IMG/VR virus record: IMGVR_UViG_3300032931_000857
Source of the DNA: an uncultured virus (IMG/VR IMGVR_UViG_3300032931_000857)
Lineage: Duplodnaviria; Heunggongvirae; Uroviricota; Caudoviricetes
Direction: 5' to 3' (one strand)
DNA: 64,000 bases
Within the stretch, counting starts at the first letter, position 1. Every line of letters starts with the position of its first letter. The notes under the pieces were generated by a model. It did not search any database and had not been told where the DNA came from. It saw only the letters and a program-made list of their open reading frames with translations. Made by a program: the position numbers and the translations under genes. Of the stretch, positions 52,263 through 62,100 are shown one piece after another.

Positions 52263-54470
52263 CTATTTACCAATAGCAATTTTAATTTGTTCAAGATTTT
52301 GTATAACTTCAGTTATTCCATCAATAGCTTTCTTAGTAGCAGACTCATTAATCATTGTTAATCCCATGCGAGATGCAATTAGATATTTAGATAATTCGTT
52401 GACAACTTTTTCCATTTCATCAATATTATCAACATAATCTATTAAACTATCTTTATTAATAAAATTAAGAGACAGAACAACATCAACAGCATCAGGACTT
52501 GCCAATTCACTAGCTTCTTTTACTAAATTTAATTTTATTTTATCAGATATCTGCGAAAACAAACTATCAATATTAGCTTTTTTTTCTATTGATTTAAATG
52601 AATCAGGATTAATATAATCATCATTAACGCCAAAAATTGAAACATCTTTATCAATAATAGAATTATTAGATAATTTTAAAAGAGCAGATGTCATTGCAAT
52701 CTTTATCATATCATCAGACATTCCCATTATTTTTAATACAGTTTTAGTATGAATAGTCGATAATGGATTTACTAAATGAGCAACCTTTTTTAAAGGATCA
52801 AATGCTGTTCCTTTAATTTTATATCCATCATTTGTCGCTTTAATTTTTATTTCATTTATACCCGAATTTTCATATATTTCTTTTATTGGTAAACTTGGAG
52901 TCATAAATCCATTCCTACCGGTTGTAGGAATATATCTCATACGCTGTGTATTAATAACTATTGAAGATTCAGGAATTAAATAAATATTTTTAACATTACC
53001 TAATGCCATTTTGTATATTGGATTTTTAACTGCAGTTACTTTTTGAACTGATATAATATTAGCTGGAATTATAGCTGATTCATTACTGACATATGCATTA
53101 TTATCATTAATTTTAATTTTTTTAAATTTATCATTAAAAAGAATACATTCATAAGAATTATTAGCTCCATAAATTATAATTAATGACGAACTCGACGAAC
53201 TCACAGAAGAATCACATGAACAAAACGAATTATATCCAATTCCTTGATTCATATCTTTTATATAATTAAAAGATTTGTCAGCTCCATCATTTTTATTTTC
53301 AGAAGAAATATTAATAATATCATTATTAGTATTATCTTTAATCATGTCAATAGCTTTTTCAAGAGCGCCAACTCCAGTCAATGTTTTTAATCCATAAAAT
53401 CCAATACCTTTTTTATCATAATCTGAAAATTCAGAATATAAATTTCCATCAAGAGAAATAAATATCTGATCTCGTCTATTTTTTATTAACATTTTATCCT
53501 TATTTTTTTCTTCATATTTACCTGATAATGGCGCTGCAGTTGCACATTCATTTGAATCATACAAATCACTAGATTTTTTATAATCAAGAACAACTCCAGA
53601 TATAGGAATCCCATTATTAGAAGATTCAAATCTCCCAATTGCACTATTTCCACTCTCAATAAATTGTTCTAACGATGGTTGTTCATATATTCTTAATTCA
53701 CATACAGTAGGAGCTATCATTGGTTGTAATTTATTTACATCAAATATTTGAGAATCTATTGTAGTAACAACTCGCTTTGCTTGTATTACATCATTTACAT
53801 CTAAGACACCAGATTTTTCATTGTTAGGAATAACTTTAGGAGTTTCAAGATCTATAAGATTGGTCATTAAATCTCCTGTATTTTCAACAAATTTTTGACT
53901 TATAGTAGGATCACTTTCTAATTGTATAGCAAATTTTTCAAGATCTTCTTTTAATATCTTTTTATTCCATGATGATAATTTAGCAAAAGTTGGATATGAA
54001 GCATCGTCAATATTTCCAATAGTATTTGCTCTTTTAGGATATACACCACCAACACTTTTAATAGATTCTGAATTTCCCTGATCTTTATAAATATCTTCAG
54101 GTTTGCCAATTTTTTGACTAATTAACAATTTGGTCATATTAATAATATTTGCAGGATAATATTTAATAATATCTTTATCTTGATGTACGAATGTATCAAA
54201 TGGAGATAATTGATAATTATTAACTATAATAGGAAAATTAATTTGCTTATTATTATAAGACACTACAATACTTCCCTTAGCATATCCCTTATCTTCATCA
54301 ATATTATTAACTACAATATCTACATTATATTCTTTAGGAATGTAATTAATCTCTTCAAAAAATTTACTCATTATTTCATCATTCCAATCAGAAATATTAT
54401 TTGAAAGTTTATAAGTAGAAAGTTTAATAAACTCAGTTTGAGGAATAACAGCATCTTTAATACTAACCAT
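52263..54470 (-). CDS. Large hypothetical virion-associated protein
   Basis: 735 aa; multiple KxA motifs; AAGGA RBS. Confidence 0.6.
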   Translation of the reverse strand: MVSIKDAVIPQTEFIKLSTYKLSNNISDWNDEIMSKFFEEINYIPKEYNVDIVVNNIDEDKGYAKGSIVVSYNNKQINFPIIVNNYQLSPFDTFVHQDKDIIKYYPANIINMTKLLISQKIGKPEDIYKDQGNSESIKSVGGVYPKRANTIGNIDDASYPTFAKLSSWNKKILKEDLEKFAIQLESDPTISQKFVENTGDLMTNLIDLETPKVIPNNEKSGVLDVNDVIQAKRVVTTIDSQIFDVNKLQPMIAPTVCELRIYEQPSLEQFIESGNSAIGRFESSNNGIPISGVVLDYKKSSDLYDSNECATAAPLSGKYEEKNKDKMLIKNRRDQIFISLDGNLYSEFSDYDKKGIGFYGLKTLTGVGALEKAIDMIKDNTNNDIINISSENKNDGADKSFNYIKDMNQGIGYNSFCSCDSSVSSSSSSLIIIYGANNSYECILFNDKFKKIKINDNNAYVSNESAIIPANIISVQKVTAVKNPIYKMALGNVKNIYLIPESSIVINTQRMRYIPTTGRNGFMTPSLPIKEIYENSGINEIKIKATNDGYKIKGTAFDPLKKVAHLVNPLSTIHTKTVLKIMGMSDDMIKIAMTSALLKLSNNSIIDKDVSIFGVNDDYINPDSFKSIEKKANIDSLFSQISDKIKLNLVKEASELASPDAVDVVLSLNFINKDSLIDYVDNIDEMEKVVNELSKYLIASRMGLTMINESATKKAIDGITEVIQNLEQIKIAIGK

Positions 54471-54508
54471 AATTTTTTCCTTTATAAATTGTTAAATTTT
54501 AAAATTAA

Positions 54509-54790
54509 CTATTCCTTTGTTATTATTGACAAAGCATTATGTATCAACATTCCTGGATTTCCTCCAACTGTGGGTGGAACAATTCCTGTATAAAAAGCTG
54601 TCTGAACAGACACATCAGAAAGAGCTCGTGATATGCCATAAGCTATTGCATTTGCCAATGCTTTTGCTCCATCTTCATGTGTAGAACTTTTATCATTTTC
54701 AGAAGCATTTGCATTATCATTAATAAATTTTTCAATATCAGAAACTATTGATACTCCAAGAGCTGATTTAGAAAAACGTACAGTTGGCAT
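54509..54790 (-). CDS. Small putative baseplate/spike-associated protein
   Basis: Follows the spike-like gene; GGGAG RBS. Confidence 0.4.
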   Translation of the reverse strand: MPTVRFSKSALGVSIVSDIEKFINDNANASENDKSSTHEDGAKALANAIAYGISRALSDVSVQTAFYTGIVPPTVGGNPGMLIHNALSIITKE

Positions 54791-54825
54791 AAAAAAACTC
54801 CCATTATAAATATAATAAAATAAAT

Positions 54826-56196
54826 CTAAACAGTTTCAAAAATTGAACTATTATCATTAATAGTTCCTTTTTGGCCATTAACTCCAATTGACGTATAACC
54901 TTTATTATCAGCAATTTTTTTAGCATCAGCTTCAAGAATTGGAAGTATCGCCGGATGTATTGGTGCTGGTCCACCAATAGATGTAACTTGACATAATTGA
55001 GTTTTATTATTAATAAAAAAATCAACAAATGGTTTTAAAACAACAGGTTGATCATTAATTTTTAATCCATTCTTAGCTTTAATATCGATTCCTTTTATAG
55101 GATCAAGAACAATTGAATTGTTAGATTTTTCATTATCTCCATGAGATATTGTAATAATTCCAATTGAATGAATTGTTAAATTTCCAGAAGTATCAAGAGA
55201 TACATGCAATCCATTTTTATTAGATTGATTTAAACCAGCCCCAGATGCCCTTATATCAATAGCACCTTTGTCACTTATACCAACCTTCATTCTATTACCA
55301 AGTATCGCTGTAGTGGCTCCTGGAGGCACTATACTAAATCCCTCATCCTTAATAACATCATCAACTCTAATATTAACAAAACTATCCCCAGGTTCTCCCA
55401 TTTCAATAGTAATTCTTGATTTTTTTTGATTTATAACTTTTGATAAAAGTACTTCTTTTCCTTTCTCAATAACAGGAGTATCCATATTTGCTCCAACAAA
55501 TGGAGCATACGTTCCTTCACATGTAGAAATCCAATCATCAGGATTTTTATTACAAGTAACATATCTTCTATAATTAATTAAATAATCTTCAGGACTAACC
55601 ATAGTAGATTTTTCATTTATATCATTACCTGCATATAATCCAAATTGTTCTCTTGCATACGAAGCTTTACTATTATGAGAAATAACTCTATGAATATTTT
55701 GAGCATATGTATAATGAAGATTTTCTTTAACTCCAAATCCAAAAGGTTTCATGGTTGTATTTATTACATTTCCAGATGCTAATACAACCTGCCCATTATC
55801 TGTAGCAATAACGCCTGCCCCAGAATTTTTATTAACAAATCTAAATGTATTATCGTCAGGTTCAGAAACAGGATTTTCTATTTTTATAGGAGCGATGGAT
55901 CTTTCTGAATAAATTCCAATAATTACTTTTTCATGATTAGGGGCTATTCCTATAAATTCATTTTTAGGACCTCCAAAATGAAATTGAACTAATACTTTAA
56001 CAAATTCTCCAATTTTAAAATTATCTTCCAATCCTGGAGGGTATGATAAAGAACAATATGTTTGACCTATAGATCCTAATGGAGATTTATGAATGGCAAC
56101 TTCATATGATTCAGTATCATCAAGTTTATTAGTGATAACCCCATCACAAATACATGGTACTACAGTATACGATATTGTATCATTGGAATTAAACAT
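54826..56196 (-). CDS. Putative baseplate spike/hub protein
   Basis: OB-like N-terminus and C-terminal beta-strand repeats (VSLDTSGNLTI, SIVLDPIKGIDI). Confidence 0.45.
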   Translation of the reverse strand: MFNSNDTISYTVVPCICDGVITNKLDDTESYEVAIHKSPLGSIGQTYCSLSYPPGLEDNFKIGEFVKVLVQFHFGGPKNEFIGIAPNHEKVIIGIYSERSIAPIKIENPVSEPDDNTFRFVNKNSGAGVIATDNGQVVLASGNVINTTMKPFGFGVKENLHYTYAQNIHRVISHNSKASYAREQFGLYAGNDINEKSTMVSPEDYLINYRRYVTCNKNPDDWISTCEGTYAPFVGANMDTPVIEKGKEVLLSKVINQKKSRITIEMGEPGDSFVNIRVDDVIKDEGFSIVPPGATTAILGNRMKVGISDKGAIDIRASGAGLNQSNKNGLHVSLDTSGNLTIHSIGIITISHGDNEKSNNSIVLDPIKGIDIKAKNGLKINDQPVVLKPFVDFFINNKTQLCQVTSIGGPAPIHPAILPILEADAKKIADNKGYTSIGVNGQKGTINDNSSIFETV

Positions 56197-56198
56197 AA

Positions 56199-59100
56199 TT
56201 ACTTATTTTTTCCATATTCCCCTGTAATAAGTTGAGTAATTGGATTTCCTACATTAGGATCAATAACACTTTTAAATCCCTGAGTTGTCCCTTCTTCAAG
56301 AACTTTTGCTATTCTATTATGTGCTAATCGTGAAATCCAATCTTCGCTTGTTTGAGCCTTTGCGCTTATTCCTGCAGGAGTTAAAAATGGTTCATGTTTA
56401 ATTTTATCTTTAAAAATATTTATTCTTTTAACTCCTTTATTACTTAAATCTTCAATAATATTATTTGTAATTTTAGTATTTTTTTTGTATATGCCATAAT
56501 TTTGAGATAAATGATCGCCTTCAGTATTTTCAATATCATCTTCTTTATTATTATTGTTATTATAATATTCTACAGTTGTTAATGGAGCAACATCATAAGG
56601 GGCGTATGTACTTGATCCTGGATGTAATATTCTTGTTGTATTCGTTATACCCCTAACAACAGTCTCGATATCTCTTGAATCAAGTTTTCCTTCATTAATA
56701 TTATTTATTTCTTTTACAAGAAATTTTTGAGCGTCTTTAAATCCTCTATATTTTAAAACATCATGCACACTTGTTGTTCCTGTTGAAATATTATCACCCA
56801 TAAATACTTTATCACCTTTTTTAACAAGCAGCTCAGTATTAGGATCTATATAATGAACGTCTTCTTTTTTATCATTTTGCAATACAACATCCCATCCGCC
56901 AATAGGAGATTTAATAATATTTTTTACTATCCCATCAATACTTGCAAGGGTTGATTTGTTAGGTATATTTGTAGTAAATCTTAAGACTCTTTCCAATACA
57001 TCAAATGCAGATCCAGTTTTTCCTGCGGCTACAGTTCCTCCTGTATGAAAAGCCTTCATAGCTAATTTTAATGAAGGTTCGGTTATTGTATGAGAGGAAA
57101 TAATTCCTATATTATCACCTATATTATGTAATTTTCCATCATAATCAGCTCCATAAGAATAACTTGAAAATCCATCACCTGGAGTTGGATCGGTAATAGG
57201 TGATTGTACAAATATATTTTTTACTTTATGACTGTTCAATTTATTTACAAGATCACTATCGACAAGATCATTTCTTTTTGCAAGAATTTTTCCATGAGTA
57301 TCTTTAACGTCTTTTGCCAAATATCTATTAATAATAGATTTCTTATCATCAATATTAAATTCAAAACCAACCGTATCGACAGGATCTTCACTGCTAATTC
57401 TTGTTTCATAAATAGAATTAGTAAGATCTTTTGTTAACCATCCTGGCTTAAACGATTGTACTGATTTCTGTATATTTCCACTTCTTGCCCCATGAGCTGC
57501 GGCCCAATATTGAGAAGTATTAAGTCCTTCAGAATAAGATTTAGTAATTGGAACAGGAACAGCGGCTCCATCTATATCCGTAACTATTCCAGGCATTAAT
57601 GCTATAGATGCAAAATTACTTATACCCTTACCTGCTCCTGATTTTAAACCAATACCAACCATAGTGTTTTCATCATAATCAGATTCTAATTTTTTAATAC
57701 CTTTTGATACCGCTTCATTAAATGACTTAACAATAGAAGAACTATCATCCTTACTAACATTTTTCCATGCATCAGACACTAATTTATCTTTAAATTTTTT
57801 ATCAATAATGGTATCTGATACTCCTAATGTCAATCCATAAGTTGTAACATAATTATTTCCAACATCTTTAATCTTGTCCGCAAGGGCAAGTGCCTGTTTT
57901 CCATTATATTTTTTTACTACATCACGAATCCATCCTTCGGTATTTTTGCTTGTTAATTCTATATTATATTTTTTCATATCATCAGGAACTATAGAATTGA
58001 TTTCATGCATACCAAATGGAGCCTTTATATTATTAATAGTCACATTGTCACCATAAGTAAATTTATTATTTTTAAAAGACTCACGAGCATCGTCTATATT
58101 ATTAAAAGATAAATTGGTTTCTTTTCCACCTTTACCTTTTGAGACAAGCCAACTTCCTGCAGTTATATCAAGAGATGGCTTATTAAGAACTGTATCATAA
58201 CCGGTTTTAAGCATACTGGCAGAGGGTTTCATTAATTCTGCCTCTTGTAAAGCTTTTGACGAAATAGGAACATGTAATTGAAATGTGTCTTGACAAATAA
58301 TACCATTATTTAACATAAACGTATATGAACCAGGAGCTGTTATATCATACATGGTAAGAAGTTCTTTATTTAATTCTATATTTTTAGCATATACCCATGT
58401 AATATTTTTATTATTAACTATTTCAATCCATCTATCATCCGCAATACCTTTAGGCAGTATAGTAATTATTTTAATAGCTGTTGGTCTTGATATACATCCA
58501 GAATTTACAGCATCATACATTGAACTATATAAGTTAGAATATTTATTTGATTTTATATGTAACCTGAATTTTATATACATATCATCACTAAAAGGAACCA
58601 TATCAAGTCTGGCAGCCATTGAAGCGGATGTTTCGCCACCTGTTGCTTGAAATTTTTCAAAAGCTTCTTTTTTATCAGGATTTATAAAATTAAGTTTTTT
58701 ATCAACAATAGTCTGGGTTGAAAATACAACAGTATACTCAACACATGTATCACGTTCAGAAGAAGTAATTGATGCTGAAATTCCAAGAGTTCGTGAAAGA
58801 GTTACTATTTCTTCCGCAAGACGTACAGACGTCGTAGAATACAATAATATATACTGTGATTTTTTACCTTGTGAATGGTTCCATGTAGACGTTCCATCCG
58901 TATCTATAAGACCGGATAGAAGGCCAAGACGAAACTCTTCTGAGGTAGACATAAAAAATATAGGAAGATGTTTGTTTCTAGCTAAATGACCAATCCAAAT
59001 TTTAATATTTTGTGCAAGAGAAATACTTGTTTTAGTGTGTTTTGTACTAAAACAATCATAACCCATAAATGAATGAGGAGAATCGATAGAATAAATTCCT

Positions 59101-62100
59101 ATATCTTCTTTCATCATTTTATTAATAGTATTATTAAATATTTTTTTTATTTCTGGATGAACAGTAGCCATACAAATATCAACATTATTAGAAATCCAAC
59201 CATTACCAATCATAATTCCAATAAAATGTCCAACTTCTCTTGTTAATTCAATTTCATCAATACATTTAATAGTATTTTTTCCAGTTATTAAATTAATATC
59301 ACTTTTTGAATAATCAATTAATGGAATTTTAAATAATGACGGTATTATATCAAGTTTTCTAAGTTTTGGAATAGCTTTTTTTAATAAATCTCTAGGAGAA
59401 ATTCTTTCAAGTTCAAATGTAATCATATTAAGTGCTATTGCACTTTGATCACTTGATAATATCAATTCATTTTTATCTGATAATTTTACAATATAATTAG
59501 TAAGATTCTTATGAATTGAAAATTGTGTAACAGGAACTTCTAAAAATTTATGAGTCTTACTATCTATTGTAAATATAGATACTCCATCAGGAACTTTATA
59601 TAATTCATTTCCATTATTTTGAATTTCACATGAATCTTTAATTCTTGGAAAATTCTCAATATTAATGTGAATAATAGACTTATCACCTATTATTACAGGA
59701 AGATTATTAAGACATGGCATATTAACCTCCAGCGATTTAAGTAAATAATACATTTGTTTGCTGGAATTAATATACATATTTTCACAATTAATGTCAAGAT
59801 CTTTTTTAAAAAAAAGTGAACCAAAATCTATTTTATCAAATTGTTCACATAAATCGTTTATTTTTAATGAGATATACAATCCACAAAAAATAGAATCTCC
59901 GTCAAAATCACCACCCATGTTTTCTACTACTGTTATGCCAGGAACTTCAATAGATTTGCCATCAGTTAATTTAGGTTTAAATGCAGTCATATTCCATCTA
60001 TGCAATGTAGGCGCCCTGTTAGCTATAACCAGTCTCTCGTCGCTTACAACCTGTAATGCTCTCTGATATATAGGATCATTATCCTTAATAAGTTTCTGAG
60101 CCTCAACGGGCTTATATCCCCACTCAACCATCTTCTTCATAATAAATGGCTGGAAAATTTTCCCAGCCATTATTTTGGGGATTCCCAATTCGTCACCGCC
60201 AAGTTCAGGGTTCAATATAATAGTCGATCTTCCAACCAAGTCCTGCCTGCGCTCAAGCACTTTATCCTGAAAAAAACCTTCCTTAGTTTGTTTTGTAGCG
60301 CCTCCATCAATCTGAGGAATAAATCCTTTCTTATTTTTTACTTTATGCAAATAAGACGTAGGATCTCCCATACCAACAACAGCCTTTAAATCATTATACA
60401 ATGCCCCTCTCGCTTCTGCAAGTTGTAAATTTTTTATATCTTCATTATCAATAGATTCATCTAAAGTTGTTTTCAAATTCTTTAATGCACTTGATGTATA
60501 AGCGGTTTGTTGATACAAATCATTAATATCAGATACAACAACAGTTCCTTCTGTTCCAATTTGAAATACAGGACGAAATTTTGAAGGAGTAACTAAAACA
60601 TTCGATATAATATAATCAGAAGGTTTCATATTGTTATCTTTAATCGATTTCAAATAACGAATTTTTTTATGTATCTTATTAAGTTCAGTAGGATTGGTTA
60701 TTGTTTTTGAATCTTCTTCAGCATTTTTAAGTTCATTTTTTACATTAATACGTTCAAGAAGAAGTTTAACTGCAGGCCCTCCTGATATAGAATTTGGAGA
60801 CCCAGGCTCAACAATTTTACCATTTGACTTATCTATAAATTTTTTTCCTATTAAAATATTATCTAAATGAGTAATAGGCATATCTAACAAATTTGCAGTT
60901 GCTGAAGTTGTTATAGGGTTCAATGTTGGTTCTGGAAGTTTAAAATAAGTGAAATTATTACCATATAAACCACCAGCTTTTACAGGATCAAATAATCCAT
61001 CTTTAATTGGAGCAAGATCCTTTTTACGATATGACAATTCAGGTCTGGTTATTTCTCCACTAGATATTTCAATAATATCTTTATCAGTCATAGGTTTTAA
61101 TGCAAACGTTTTTCCTTTTTGTTCAACATTAATTCCAGCCCCTGACATCATAGCCAACATCTTATCCCATGCAAATGATCTTTTAGGAGGAGGAAGGCTT
61201 TGTCCGGTTTCCATAGCCCTCCAATACTCATCATTTTTTTGACCTTTAATCTGAAACATTTCACGCAAATTCTCATTAGCTCCTCGTGCTAATAATGCAG
61301 CCATTTCCATTCTACCTAAATTTTTTCCTCCCGTTATACCGCCAGTAGCGGCCTGCTCATTAGCATCATAACTATCTTTATATCGAGCTGAAAATTTATG
61401 ATCAACAATATGTTCAAGTTTTAAAATATGAGCCGTGCCTGTAGCAATAGGATTTAATAATGGTTTTTTGGTCTCAGGATCAATTAAAATATCTTTATCT
61501 GACAATCCTTCTTTTTTTAACTCACTAATAATTTTACGAGAATTATCCTCTCCTGAAAAATTATTTATATCATAAGTTTTTCCTGTTTTACTTACTAATT
61601 TACCTACAGCAGCTTCAAGTAATTGAGATGTATTTATTCTATTTGAAACTCCTAAAGGACTCATTGTTAAATCAATTTTTTCTCCAGTTTCCAAATTATA
61701 AGGCATCTCATCGTCAGGAACAATTTTAGAAATGATATGTTTATTTCCATGCAATCCAGATATTTTATCAGCAACCTTTAACTGCTCTTCAGTCTTTATA
61801 TTAACAACTACATTATTTCCACTTTTAGTAACTTTTTTTACAACTCCTATTATATCTTTATCCCATAGCAAAGCATTATTAGACATATCTCTTTTTAATT
61901 GCTTGTCAAGCCTTCCTAAAATTATATCATCTGACGTTGGTGATTTTCTTTCAAGATGAGCAATAACAACATCGTCTCTTTCAACTGTCTCTCCAACTTT
62001 AATAACTCCGTCACTATCTAATTTTTTTGATTTATTTGATGGCAATACTTCAGGATAATATGCTTTAAATTTATCACGCGAAAAAACTCCATTAGAAGTT

